A DNA stretch of 64,000 bases from positions 1,856,001 through 1,920,000 of the forward strand of contig CBDCFN010000016.1 in assembly GCA_965216315.1 (NCBI GenBank), in the 5' to 3' direction. The stretch is from a bacterium. Its GTDB lineage: Bacteria > UBA10199 > 2-02-FULL-50-16 > JAJFLM01. The notes beneath the pieces were generated by a model. It saw only the letters and a program-made list of their open reading frames with translations, did no database searches and was not told the origin of the DNA. Below are positions 1 to 9,009 of this stretch, piece by piece (within the stretch, counting starts at the first letter, position 1; each line of letters begins with the position of its first letter). Position numbers and translations under genes: made by a program.

Positions 1-12
1 AGCTGTTCCTAG

Positions 13-28
13 AGCAAACGGCGTGCCA
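13..28 (-). promoter_or_regulatory. sigma54 (-24/-12) promoter for a gene left of the window
   Basis: Minus strand reads TGGCAC-GCCGT-TTGCT, matching TGGCAC-N5-TTGCW. Confidence 0.75.
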
Positions 29-126
29 ACTAGAGTCGGCTTGATTTCAATACGTTTTTTGGGAGAGCAGTTACACGGTGTGCAAATGAGGGTTCGATTA
101 TTGGACTCGCGAGACGCAAAATGAAA

Positions 127-1101
127 CTACATGCTGCGATAAACAAAATAATCAGGAATCGCTAACAGGGAATCCTTGGCCAAGGAAGGCTTGAAAATGG
201 CCAGTTCATCCTTGGCTTGCTGAGCGTATTTATGGGCCAGGTCGCGCGTATATTCCAAAGCCTTGTACTTTTCCAATATTCCGATCACTTCTTTAAACTC
301 CATCTCACCAAGTCGCTCGGCCATCAGGGCTTGCTTGATCAACTTGGCTTCACCGTCCGCGGCCTCACGCAAGGCGACCATCAAAGGAAGGGTCAACTTT
401 CCTTCACGCAAATCTTTACCTCGGGTCTTGCCAAGCTTGTCTTCTTCTTGAACATAATCGAGATAATCATCGGCCAACTGGAAGGCCATGCCAATATTCG
501 TCCCATAGTTGCGCAAAGCGAGCTGGAACTCTTCCGGTGCCTTGGCGAGCAGTCCCGCGACACCACTGGCCGCCGCAAACAAAACCGCGGTTTTATCGTG
601 AATAATCTGCAGATAGTCCGCTTCGGATAAATCAAAATCGTTTGACTTGACCGTCTCAAAAACTTCGCCTTCCGTCGTTTTCGTAATCGTATCTGTAATC
701 AGTTGAACGATTTCTATCTGCCCGGTGTGAGTGAAAACATGTGACGACTTGCAATAGAAGAAGTCACCGACCAACACACTAATGTGATTCCCCCATTTGG
801 CATTGGCCGAAGAACGCCCCCGGCGCAGTTCGGCGTGATCGATGACATCATCATGCAGCAAGCTGGCCGTGTGGATAAATTCGAGGCCCGCCGCACATTG
901 AACCGCCTGTTCCCCATTATAACCCACCAATTTACAGGCCAATAAACAGAGAACGGGGCGCAAGCGTTTGCCCCCATTAGAGATAATGTAATCGGCCACC
1001 TCAGTCACTAACGAGACATTGGACTGACAATGCGCCCTCATCGCATCATCGAGGCGATCCAGATCATCTTTAACGGGTACGCATATTTGCTCTAACTGCA
1101 T
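127..1101 (-). CDS. ispB: Polyprenyl diphosphate synthase (IspB/octaprenyl-PP synthase-like)
   Basis: GGKRLRP, LLHDDVID and FQLADD motifs; ATG at 1101 preferred because the track TTG at 1137 is part of a TTGACA -35 box. Confidence 0.85.
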   Translation of the reverse strand: MQLEQICVPVKDDLDRLDDAMRAHCQSNVSLVTEVADYIISNGGKRLRPVLCLLACKLVGYNGEQAVQCAAGLEFIHTASLLHDDVIDHAELRRGRSSANAKWGNHISVLVGDFFYCKSSHVFTHTGQIEIVQLITDTITKTTEGEVFETVKSNDFDLSEADYLQIIHDKTAVLFAAASGVAGLLAKAPEEFQLALRNYGTNIGMAFQLADDYLDYVQEEDKLGKTRGKDLREGKLTLPLMVALREAADGEAKLIKQALMAERLGEMEFKEVIGILEKYKALEYTRDLAHKYAQQAKDELAIFKPSLAKDSLLAIPDYFVYRSM

Positions 1102-1183
1102 GGGCCGGCAACTTATCAGAGGCAAATTGGTTGTCAAAGAGAATCTGGGGTGGCAGGATGCTCCGCTGAGTTAGGGGGTTACT

Positions 1184-2665
1184 ATGGCAAAGGACTTAAT
1201 ACTAAGCATTGATCAAGGTACGACGGGGACTACGGTTCTCCTCATCAATAAGAAGCTGAAAATACTCGAAAAATGTAACCGTGAATTCCCACAATATTAT
1301 CCTAAACCCGGATGGGTGGAGCACAAACCCGAGGAAATCTGGAATTGCACCGTGCGTTGCATCCAAGATGCCCTGCGCGTCGCCGATATCGACCCCGGTC
1401 GCATCGCCGCTATTGGCATCACCAACCAACGCGAAACGACAGTCGTCTGGAATCGCAAAACCGGTAAGGCCGCGCATAACGCGATCGTATGGCAAGACCG
1501 TCGTACCGCGGCCTTTTGTGACAAACTCAAAAAAGCCGGACACGAAAAGAAAGTCCAAAGAACAACAGGGCTGCTGCTCGACCCCTATTTCTCGGGGACC
1601 AAACTCAACTGGCTGCTGACTCATGTAAAAGGCTTGCGTCAAAAAGCCGCCAAGGGCGAGGTGCTCTTTGGCACGATTGATTCGTTTTTAGTCTTCCGCC
1701 TTACCGGCGGCAAAGTTCATGTCACGGATCCTTCCAACGCATGTCGAACGATGCTCATGAATCTCAAGACGTTGCAATGGGATCCGGAGATGCTAAAACT
1801 CTTAAAGGTTCCCGCAGCTATCCTTCCCGAAATACGCTCCTGCTCTGAAGTTTACGGCACGACCAAAGATATTCCCGGACTGCCCGACGGAATTCCCATT
1901 GCGGGGATGGCGGGTGATCAACAAGCGGCCCTCTTTGGCCAGGCCTGTTTCAATGCCGGTGAAGCCAAATGCACTTATGGCACAGGGTCCTTCATGCTCA
2001 TGAACACGGGATCTAAACCGATACCATCGAAGAGTAAAATGCTGACGAGCGTCGGCTGGAAACTCAACGGCAAGACGACTTATGTCTTAGAAGGGTCCGC
2101 CTTCATTGCCGGGGCGGCAGTCCAGTGGCTGCGTGATGGACTCAAGATCATCAAGAACGCCCCAGATATCGAAGGTCTTGCTAAGAAGGTTAAAGACACC
2201 GGCGGTGTCATGTTCGTCCCTGGACTCGTCGGGTTAGGCGCGCCCTATTGGCGCCCGGATGCGCGTGGTATCATCACAGGCATCAATCGTGGCACGTCTG
2301 AATCACATATTGCCCGCGCAGTGCTCGAAGGCATTGCCCTGCTCCAATCTGACATTGCGCATTCCATGGAAAAAGATGCCCGCAAAAAACTCAAGACACT
2401 CAAGGTGGACGGAGGGGCTTCCAACAATAATCTGCTGATGCAGTTTCAGTCCGACATACTTGGTACGAAACTCGTGCGACCTAAAATGGTCGAAACTACC
2501 GCGTTAGGGGCCGCGTTTCTGGCCGGACTCGCCGTCGGTCTCTGGAAAGATCAGGCGGAGATCGCCCGGGCATGGAAAAAAGACAAAGAGTTTAAACCAA
2601 AAATGAAACCAGCAGAACGCAAATCGCGTTTAACAAACTGGCAAGATGCCATTGAACGCGCTTAA
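1184..2665 (+). CDS. glpK: Glycerol kinase
   Basis: SIDQGTTGT, GITNQRETT, DPYFSGTK, GDQQAALFGQ, KCTYGTGSF, VDGGAS motifs. Confidence 0.95.
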   Translation: MAKDLILSIDQGTTGTTVLLINKKLKILEKCNREFPQYYPKPGWVEHKPEEIWNCTVRCIQDALRVADIDPGRIAAIGITNQRETTVVWNRKTGKAAHNAIVWQDRRTAAFCDKLKKAGHEKKVQRTTGLLLDPYFSGTKLNWLLTHVKGLRQKAAKGEVLFGTIDSFLVFRLTGGKVHVTDPSNACRTMLMNLKTLQWDPEMLKLLKVPAAILPEIRSCSEVYGTTKDIPGLPDGIPIAGMAGDQQAALFGQACFNAGEAKCTYGTGSFMLMNTGSKPIPSKSKMLTSVGWKLNGKTTYVLEGSAFIAGAAVQWLRDGLKIIKNAPDIEGLAKKVKDTGGVMFVPGLVGLGAPYWRPDARGIITGINRGTSESHIARAVLEGIALLQSDIAHSMEKDARKKLKTLKVDGGASNNNLLMQFQSDILGTKLVRPKMVETTALGAAFLAGLAVGLWKDQAEIARAWKKDKEFKPKMKPAERKSRLTNWQDAIERA

Positions 2666-3411
2666 GCGGAAAAAGCGTTTACGATTCCTGGCATGACTTC
2701 AGCAATGCGTTTGCGGGCTTGTTTGGCCTGGCTCCCGAGTTTAGGGAGTTCCCACATGGCCTGCGGATTTTTGGCGACATAGCGCATGACCTTGCGCTTG
2801 GAAATACGCTTTTCGCGGTCGAAGAACTCGCTCGGGTCCGGCACTTTATCCGTAACCGGATCCAACACGACACGCATCACGGCAAAAGGGGTCTGCTGCT
2901 GGGCGCAAAAGCGTGCCAGCCCGGCACTCTCCATGTCCACCGCAACGGCTTCAAAATTCTGACCGGCCGCTTGTTTTTGCGCCGGGTCGGTAAGGGCCTG
3001 TGTCACCGATAGGACCCGGCCGACTTTGAGAGCGTTTTCGGCGTGAGAATGCTGGCGACACAGCTGTTGCAGCTTCGCATCCGCATCCCAAAAGGTTCCG
3101 GGATGGTTCGGTAAGAGGGCGCAGACGTCGGTTGCTACGACCAAGGTTCCCGTCTCCATATCGTCGGCTAAAGCCCCGCAATAACCGGTCCCCACGACGG
3201 CTTTAATTGGAACCAGCTCGGCCAGCATGGCCAAGCCGGCCTCCATCGAATCCGCACCAATGCCCGTATAACCGACGATGACCGGCTTTCCATCGATCTT
3301 GCCGTCAAAAAAATGGGCTCGATCCTGCCGATAGGTCCGCTCAATCCCCATTTGCGCCTTGAGCCCCTGAATTTCGTCTTTAAGCGCCGCAACGATCACA
3401 AGATTGGACAT
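2662..3411 (-). CDS. Nucleoside phosphorylase family protein (MTA/SAH nucleosidase-like; probable hopanoid-associated HpnG-type)
   Basis: TGIG, GYCGAL, AVDMESA, VMRVVLDP motifs; divergent from hpnH. Confidence 0.75.
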   Translation of the reverse strand: MSNLVIVAALKDEIQGLKAQMGIERTYRQDRAHFFDGKIDGKPVIVGYTGIGADSMEAGLAMLAELVPIKAVVGTGYCGALADDMETGTLVVATDVCALLPNHPGTFWDADAKLQQLCRQHSHAENALKVGRVLSVTQALTDPAQKQAAGQNFEAVAVDMESAGLARFCAQQQTPFAVMRVVLDPVTDKVPDPSEFFDREKRISKRKVMRYVAKNPQAMWELPKLGSQAKQARKRIAEVMPGIVNAFSA

Positions 3412-3504
3412 GGCGACTTCCTTAACACTTATCTTGACAAAATTGGCAATTTCTAAAGAATGCCGAGTAAATTAGTTGTATTTTAGTGCACTTTTACGAC
3501 TTGC

Positions 3505-3580
3505 GGCGGGTGGCGCGAGCGATCCTTTGGAACGTCTCTTCAGACGCAGCCAAAGGATTGCGTAGGCGACAGGACCCGCC
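3505..3580 (+). other. Long three-segment hairpin in the hpnH leader
   Basis: GGCGGGT(3505-3511)/ACCCGCC(3574-3580); GCGATCCTTTGG(3519-3530)/CCAAAGGATTGC(3550-3561); CGTCT/AGACG closing a CTTC loop. Confidence 0.6.
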
Positions 3581-3598
3581 CATTCATTAAGGAAAACA

Positions 3599-4600
3599 AT
3601 GGCAGTCCCAGCTTCACAGGCACTTCGCGTCGCTTCCTACGTTTTTACGCAGAAGTACATCAAGCGTAACAAGCGCTATCCCCTCGTCCTCATGCTCGAA
3701 CCCTTGTTTCGCTGCAATTTAGAATGCGCCGGCTGTGGCAAGATCCAATACCCCAAAGAGGTGCTCGACAAGCGCTTGAGTCCCGCGGAGTGCTTCAAGG
3801 CCGTTGAAGAATGCGGCGCCCCGATGGTAAGCATTCCGGGCGGTGAACCGCTGATCCATCCCGAGATCAAAGAAATTGTCGACGGTTTGATTGAACGCAA
3901 ACGCTACATCTACTTATGTACCAATGCGCTCCTCTTGAAGAAAAAACTGGATCTCTTTACGCCCACACCTTTTTTGACCTTTAGTATCCACATGGATGGT
4001 CTTAAAGAGGAGCACGATGATGCCGTCTGTCGCGACGGCGTGTTTGATGTCGCCGTTGCGGCCATCAAAGAGGCCGTAAAACGTGGCTTTCGTGTCACGA
4101 CCAATACAACTTTATTCGATAATGCAGAGCCGGGCCGGGTACGCGCCCTCTTTGATTTTCTCATGGACCTGGGGGTCGAGAGCATGACCATTTCACCGGG
4201 TTACAGCTATGAAAAAGCCCCCGATCAAGAACATTTTTTAAAGCGGGAACGCACCAAACAACTCTTTAAACGCGTCCTCTTTAAACCCAAAAAAAAGTGG
4301 GAATTTAATCAGTCTCCCCTCTTCTTGAAATTTCTCCAGGGTGAAATCGAATACGAATGCACTCCCTGGGGCAACCCGACCTACAACGTGTTCGGTTGGC
4401 AAAAACCCTGTTACCTCATTGGTGAAGGCTACGTGTCGACTTTTAAAGAGCTGATCGAGGATACCGAATGGGATAAATATGGCACCGGTCGCAATCCCAA
4501 ATGCGCCAACTGCATGGTCCACTGTGGCTATGAAGCGAGCGCAGTCGATGATACCTTTGACTCGTTTGGGGGCCTGATCCGCACTGTGCGAGCTATGTAG
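3599..4600 (+). CDS. hpnH: Adenosyl-hopene transferase, radical SAM
   Basis: [23 protein letters not shown] (CxxxCxxC), [26 protein letters not shown]. Confidence 0.93.
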   Translation: MAVPASQALRVASYVFTQKYIKRNKRYPLVLMLEPLFRCNLECAGCGKIQYPKEVLDKRLSPAECFKAVEECGAPMVSIPGGEPLIHPEIKEIVDGLIERKRYIYLCTNALLLKKKLDLFTPTPFLTFSIHMDGLKEEHDDAVCRDGVFDVAVAAIKEAVKRGFRVTTNTTLFDNAEPGRVRALFDFLMDLGVESMTISPGYSYEKAPDQEHFLKRERTKQLFKRVLFKPKKKWEFNQSPLFLKFLQGEIEYECTPWGNPTYNVFGWQKPCYLIGEGYVSTFKELIEDTEWDKYGTGRNPKCANCMVHCGYEASAVDDTFDSFGGLIRTVRAM

Positions 4601-4628
4601 GCCCTCTCCTTAATTTCCACAGAAAAAA

Positions 4629-4654
4629 GCAACTTTAGCGACACTGAAACGATG
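4629..4654 (+). promoter_or_regulatory. Recurrent motif GCAACTT-N14-CGATG (putative alternative-sigma promoter)
   Basis: One of seven copies, each upstream of and co-oriented with an ORF. Confidence 0.6.
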
Positions 4655-4665
4655 AATCCGATATC

Positions 4666-7056
4666 ATGTCGGAGACCCTCCAATGGCGAGGCATTCGCCT
4701 GACCAACAACCAGCTTAATCAGGCCCTCCAATGGGGTGACAGCGACTCAAATGGAAGCCTACTAGACGCCGCGGACCGCCTCCCTCGAGTGGAACTAGGG
4801 CCTCGAGATGGACTCCTGCTAATCAATGCGGGTCTCGCCGCGCATTACCGAAGTCATTTTACATCACACGCGCCCGCGGTCTCACGAACGTTCAGAGCCG
4901 CCGTTTCTACCAACCGCTCGCTTATCGCGCGTGACGTCTTGCAGCAGGACCCTAGCAAGACAAACATCACCCCACAGGATTTGATTGAAATTATGCGCCG
5001 GAACGGTGGCCACCCCGTCCGTTTAGGAGACCTCGCCTGGCTTTACCCCAATGCGCGCATTCGGGGCGAAGGCGAACGGCTCCAAACACTCCAGGCACGA
5101 AGACTTTTTAGTGCATCGCACCCACAAGGAATAACCCTCGCCGATGCCTTGCTGGACCCAGGCGGCGAACTCATCGTCAGTCATTTTTATGCCACCGAAC
5201 TCCGCAACGCCGCTCCGAGTTTCACTCAATTCATGACGAACCGTCGCAGCCAATCTGGAACTCGCACAGAATGCCATAACCCTGCCCAGGCCTTCGGTCT
5301 TCAAGCTTGTCACCCAGACTCCTGGCCCGTCGGACTGGATACGCTCCTCGAACATGCAAGCCTCGACATTCCGCGCGAGGGATCCCGTGATTTCTCTGCA
5401 GTCTCACGGCGCCGGAGAGAAGAAATTATCAGTTTCTTAGCCTCGGAATCATTGGCCGGCATAACGAGCAATCCAGAACGCATCAAAATCAACCTCCGAG
5501 CGGCACCGAACTCAAGTGAAGGTCCGGCGCGTCACATTCTTGCGCGACTCAACACGAGATTTCCGAAACTTCATTGCGACCCAAACAATGCCGCAGACAT
5601 GGCATTTCATTTAGGGAACCGCGCGCCGTCCAATGGAACGGTCTCTGAACAAACACGCCGGCGCGTTCTCCTAGCAATCCTTGATGATCCCAGTGTCAGT
5701 GTCTCATTTAATAATACTGACGCTAACAACCCAGCCCTCTTTAATAGGACTGCTGGTCGTCCAGCACTCCATTTCATGGCTCGCATTGATCCATCGGCTC
5801 CGGAACAGGTTATCTTCGGCATCCTGCATATCGATGCTCAGAGCTATAAGCCACGAGGAACGACCGGACATGACCGCATTCTCGCTCCGGGGGAAGGCTA
5901 TGATAAGCATGCGCTGGCGCAGCATCAGGGAGAGGTCGAGCCACTCTACCTCCAATACCAACGCTCAGAAAATTCGCCGCATCTGACGTTACGAAGGGCT
6001 TTCCTGGGTGATCACCTGGTAGCGGAGCCCATTCGTCCCGGTAACTACACGGGTGAACTCGCGGTGGCCTACGGTTCGGGAGGTCGCATCCTGCGACGCG
6101 CGGATACAACCTGGCTCCCCGGTATGCAATACCGCACCGGTAGTCAATCAGCCGCCTCCACCTACTTTTCTACCGTAGGAAACAGTCCCCTCTTTCCATA
6201 CGTCGAAGTCTATCCGGGCCAGGCCGACACGGAAGGCGCTCACCCGACCGCGCATCGTTATTCCCCTGGTACCTACACTTTGATCATCGAGGGGGAAAAT
6301 GGTGACTTTCTCACGACAGGTCGTCTGCTCTCTAGAAACGGCGGCACCGGAGTCGAAGCTGACAATACAACGGGCCTTCCCTTCGTGCGCGGCAGCCGCG
6401 CTCCGGGCGACAGCGTAGAGCGAACCCGAACCGATGTTGGTTTCGGCGCCTTTCTACGACGAAATCAATCGTATCATGATAATCGACTGATGGGCCGTGT
6501 TGCTCGCATGCATCTTGTCGGCAGCGTGCTGCCGCCTTTTTGGGCCAGTACAGCACCGTCACCAATCTTTGCCGACGGTTCTTATCGCGTCGGCGCCCAC
6601 TACTCGCCGGTCAATGCAGCCTGGATCGGTCCTCACTATGCCGAAGGCTATCTCTACAATCCGTTCAGCTCAACGGTAGGAGAGCCCCCTCAGATGGGGC
6701 TCGATCTCTACACGCGGCCAGGAGAGAATCCACGCCTCAACCTATGGGCGGATATCGTTGGTGTCGGACTCGGGCTTCATAGCATAGACACCGGCTTCTA
6801 CCTGGGTTTCAACGTCTTTGCCGGACCGCAGCTCTATGTCGGTACCCAAGAGGAAGGCCCCTTCGGGGCCGGTCTGCAGGCCAGTCTCCGCGCCTTTGCC
6901 GGTTGGCAACGCGGCGCCTTCGAATTGCGCGCCGTCAGCGAAGCGCGCTGTGAGGTAGGCGGTGGTTATGCTGCCAATGACGGCTTTGGCCATGCCGGCT
7001 GCGCTTGGTATCCCTTGATGTTCGAGATCGGCGCCCGTTCGCGCATGCATTATTAG
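4666..7056 (+). CDS. Hypothetical 796-aa protein; C-terminal ~170 aa beta-barrel-like, no Sec signal
   Basis: Long ORF filling the intergenic space; Gly/aromatic alternating strands at the C-terminus; DSDSNGSL loop near the N-terminus. Confidence 0.7.
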   Translation: MSETLQWRGIRLTNNQLNQALQWGDSDSNGSLLDAADRLPRVELGPRDGLLLINAGLAAHYRSHFTSHAPAVSRTFRAAVSTNRSLIARDVLQQDPSKTNITPQDLIEIMRRNGGHPVRLGDLAWLYPNARIRGEGERLQTLQARRLFSASHPQGITLADALLDPGGELIVSHFYATELRNAAPSFTQFMTNRRSQSGTRTECHNPAQAFGLQACHPDSWPVGLDTLLEHASLDIPREGSRDFSAVSRRRREEIISFLASESLAGITSNPERIKINLRAAPNSSEGPARHILARLNTRFPKLHCDPNNAADMAFHLGNRAPSNGTVSEQTRRRVLLAILDDPSVSVSFNNTDANNPALFNRTAGRPALHFMARIDPSAPEQVIFGILHIDAQSYKPRGTTGHDRILAPGEGYDKHALAQHQGEVEPLYLQYQRSENSPHLTLRRAFLGDHLVAEPIRPGNYTGELAVAYGSGGRILRRADTTWLPGMQYRTGSQSAASTYFSTVGNSPLFPYVEVYPGQADTEGAHPTAHRYSPGTYTLIIEGENGDFLTTGRLLSRNGGTGVEADNTTGLPFVRGSRAPGDSVERTRTDVGFGAFLRRNQSYHDNRLMGRVARMHLVGSVLPPFWASTAPSPIFADGSYRVGAHYSPVNAAWIGPHYAEGYLYNPFSSTVGEPPQMGLDLYTRPGENPRLNLWADIVGVGLGLHSIDTGFYLGFNVFAGPQLYVGTQEEGPFGAGLQASLRAFAGWQRGAFELRAVSEARCEVGGGYAANDGFGHAGCAWYPLMFEIGARSRMHY

Positions 7057-7073
7057 GAAACAACCTTAATAAT

Positions 7074-7877
7074 TTAACGCCCTTCAACAACTGTTGTCAT
7101 CATGACCGGATGAGTCCGACCGCGAGGAAAGGTCGTGACCCCCAGCCGAGCGGAGATGCTGTGCTTTCTGGCCCGACGCGCATCTTGATGTTTGTAGGTA
7201 TCATGAAAAAAATCCCGTAACGGACCGGCATCCCCATCGATGCGGCGGCCCCGATCGAGCAATTCTAGAATTTCTGTCTCCGTCTTCGAAATAAATCTTG
7301 GCGCATCAAGAACTTTGCTGGCATTGACGACAATTCGACGAACATCATGATGGGTCGGCTGTGAGCGCGCTACCCATTGATCATATTCATAGATAATCCC
7401 TTCAATGATTCCAAGATGTTCGAGACTGCAGAGCATTTTCAAATAGGGAATGTCCCCTTTCTCTAAACGAATTCGTCTTTCGTAAGGAAACTCAAGCCCG
7501 AGGGATTCCAGATCGTCGACCTCTTTGAGCAAGAGTAACGACACCAAATTATCCAGGGCAGAAAGAGGGATTTCATGGTTGCTCAATAAAACGCCCCCCT
7601 TCAACATCTGACGCACCTGAGGATTTTCTTCCATCACGATCGACCGCAATGACGTCAAGTCTTGGGGAGTAAAAAAATCGACGGCGAGCCGATGGGCACA
7701 GAGGGCATCGATGCGACGCTCCAGCTGAGGGAGATAATTCCCATCAATCTGCCGCACCGGCACACCAAAGCCCTGCTCGGCCACCTTGGGCAACCAAAAG
7801 GATGTCATGGTCTGGCTCTGGGGCAGCGACCCCGTCACGGCAGAGACGGAAACGACGGGCAAGGTATGAATGAACAT
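7074..7877 (-). CDS. Hypothetical protein with Ser/Thr/Val-rich N-terminus
   Basis: ORF with ATG at 7877 preceded by GAGGG; no recognisable family motif. Confidence 0.65.
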   Translation of the reverse strand: MFIHTLPVVSVSAVTGSLPQSQTMTSFWLPKVAEQGFGVPVRQIDGNYLPQLERRIDALCAHRLAVDFFTPQDLTSLRSIVMEENPQVRQMLKGGVLLSNHEIPLSALDNLVSLLLLKEVDDLESLGLEFPYERRIRLEKGDIPYLKMLCSLEHLGIIEGIIYEYDQWVARSQPTHHDVRRIVVNASKVLDAPRFISKTETEILELLDRGRRIDGDAGPLRDFFHDTYKHQDARRARKHSISARLGVTTFPRGRTHPVMMTTVVEGR

Positions 7878-7889
7878 CTCAGCCCTCAA

Positions 7890-7915
7890 ATTCGGCCCAG
7901 AATAGAAAAAGTTGC
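7890..7915 (-). promoter_or_regulatory. Recurrent motif GCAACTT-N14-CGAAT
   Basis: Minus strand GCAACTT-TTTCTATTCTGGGC-CGAAT just upstream of ATG 7877. Confidence 0.6.
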
Positions 7916-7953
7916 GTCATAGCCGCTCTTCTCATATAAAGTGCCAGCTGAGA

Positions 7954-8071
7954 AGGTTTATAAAAAGCTCTGGCGACAAGGCAGGCGGAGGAGGCCGAGT
8001 GAGGCGTACTGGACGTACGTCGCAGCGAGCGTCGACGACGCCAACGCGGTAGACAGGCTTTTTAGGAACCT
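7954..8071 (+). repeat. ~118-bp MITE-like structured intergenic repeat (family A)
   Basis: Imperfect terminal inverted repeats AGGTT..TAAAAAGC / GCTTTTTA..AACCT; shares AGCTC, CAAGGCAG, TACGTCG, CAACG and AGAC blocks with the reverse complement of 21101-21219. Confidence 0.6.
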
Positions 8072-8079
8072 GATCTCCA

Positions 8080-8162
8080 GCCCAGGTGGCGGAATTTGGT
8101 AGACGCGCATGATTAAGGATCATGTGGGGCAACCTGTGCCGGTTCGAGTCCGGCCCTGGGCA
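8080..8162 (+). tRNA. tRNA-Leu, anticodon AAG (no encoded CCA)
   Basis: Acceptor GCCCAGG/CCTGGGC+A; D arm GCG-GAATTTGGTAGA-CGC; anticodon arm CATGA-TTAAGGA-TCATG; long variable arm; T arm GCCGG-TTCGAGT-CCGGC. Confidence 0.93.
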
Positions 8163-8238
8163 CATTTCGCAAACCGAAAGCGCAGCTTCCGCTTTGCTTG
8201 AGTCAAGGGGAGATACCGCGCTCCCCTTGACAATCCCC
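8163..8238 (+). repeat. tRNA-3'-linked structured element (family B)
   Basis: TTCGCAAACCGAAAGCGCAGCTTCCGCTTTGCT plus hairpin TCAAGGGGAG..CTCCCCTTGA; a homologous block lies directly 3' of tRNA-Ala (44442-44524, minus). Confidence 0.7.
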
Positions 8239-8311
8239 AACTGTAGAAATCCCACGCTCGCTCACATACTCTCTCCCCCTTAAACAATCTACCCATCGTA
8301 ATTTTCACAAT

Positions 8312-8342
8312 AAAAAAGCCTCGCGGGTAGCGAGGCTTTTTT
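8312..8342. terminator. Bidirectional rho-independent terminator
   Basis: AAAAAAGCCTCGC-GGGTA-GCGAGGCTTTTTT. Confidence 0.85.
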
Positions 8343-8377
8343 AAGAGTGTGTGGTGTGTGTGGAGTATGTGTATGAG
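8312..8377 (-). ncRNA. Putative sigma54-dependent CA-rich small RNA (~65 nt)
   Basis: Lies between a sigma54 promoter (8387-8402) and a terminator; no ATG in the transcript; body CCUCAUACACAUACUCCACACACACCACACACUCUU. Confidence 0.6.
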
Positions 8378-8386
8378 GAACGTAAA

Positions 8387-8402
8387 TGCAAGCTATATGC
8401 CA
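8387..8402 (-). promoter_or_regulatory. sigma54 promoter with upstream IHF site (8429-8441) and enhancer-like palindrome (8510-8524)
   Basis: TGGCAT-ATAGC-TTGCA; TATCAATATATTA matches WATCAANNNNTTR; ACCCCA-GGC-TGGGGT. Confidence 0.75.
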
Positions 8403-8542
8403 AATATTGTAAACAGATTTAATTAAGTTAATATATTGATATTATTAATTAATTTTATATATAGAGAATTTTAATATCTGGCTATAAACATGATAATTGT
8501 AAACAGGTGACCCCAGGCTGGGGTGCTGAGTCGCCGAATCAT

Positions 8543-8575
8543 AAAAAAAGGCGCGGCCTGTAGCCGCGCCCTTTT
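8543..8575 (-). terminator. Rho-independent terminator downstream of the 8608-8925 gene
   Basis: AAAAAAA-GGCGCGGC-CTGTA-GCCGCGCC-CTTTT. Confidence 0.75.
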
Positions 8576-8607
8576 GCAATCTATTAATCTATTGTAAGCG
8601 ATCAACC

Positions 8608-8925
8608 TTACTGCTTGATCACAGGATCATCGCATTCCGGCAAGGCGAGACTACAGGGAAACGTTTCCCCCCCGCAGTAGCAATCATCCGCGCTGGTCGT
8701 CTCACATACCTCCTGGCAAAACAGCAGGCAATCCCCACTAGATACTTGGGCTTTATCGCAGTCCACATTCTGTACTGTTACCCCATACTTATACACTTTG
8801 ATCAGTTCGCCCGTTTGTGTACGCATCTTTGCGCCAGGTTTAATTCTTTTTCCGGCCTCCGCCGTCGTCGCGAGAGCAAACGAAAAAATGATTGCGATAA
8901 CCAAGAGTTTGCTGATTCCCTTCAT
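8608..8925 (-). CDS. Small secreted Cys-rich protein (8 Cys)
   Basis: Sec signal MKGISKLLVIAIIFSFALATTAEA; SD AAGGAG; own sigma54 promoter and terminator. Confidence 0.8.
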   Translation of the reverse strand: MKGISKLLVIAIIFSFALATTAEAGKRIKPGAKMRTQTGELIKVYKYGVTVQNVDCDKAQVSSGDCLLFCQEVCETTSADDCYCGGETFPCSLALPECDDPVIKQ

Positions 8926-8993
8926 AGTAAGTCTCCTTTTAGTTGCTAAGCTTTGCTATTGATTCTCTTCGAACCCGATGGTGCGCTAGGGAT

Positions 8994-9009
8994 TGCAAGC
9001 CATGTGCCA
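8994..9009 (-). promoter_or_regulatory. sigma54 promoter of the Cys-rich protein gene
   Basis: TGGCAC-ATGGC-TTGCA consensus match; palindrome TGTCAAAATTTTGGCA at 9093-9108 upstream. Confidence 0.8.

Noticed and set aside
1108..1135. GCAACTT upstream of glpK as an eighth motif copy
   Set aside because: No CGA box at the 14-15 nt spacing
8113..8119. Reading the tRNA-Leu anticodon as TAA
   Set aside because: The perfect CATGA/TCATG stem fixes a 7-nt loop TT-AAG-GA with U33 and purine 37; TAA would be off-centre
7932..8308. Minus-strand ORFs 7932-8255 and 8120-8308
   Set aside because: They overlap the tRNA-Leu gene and repeat elements; spurious
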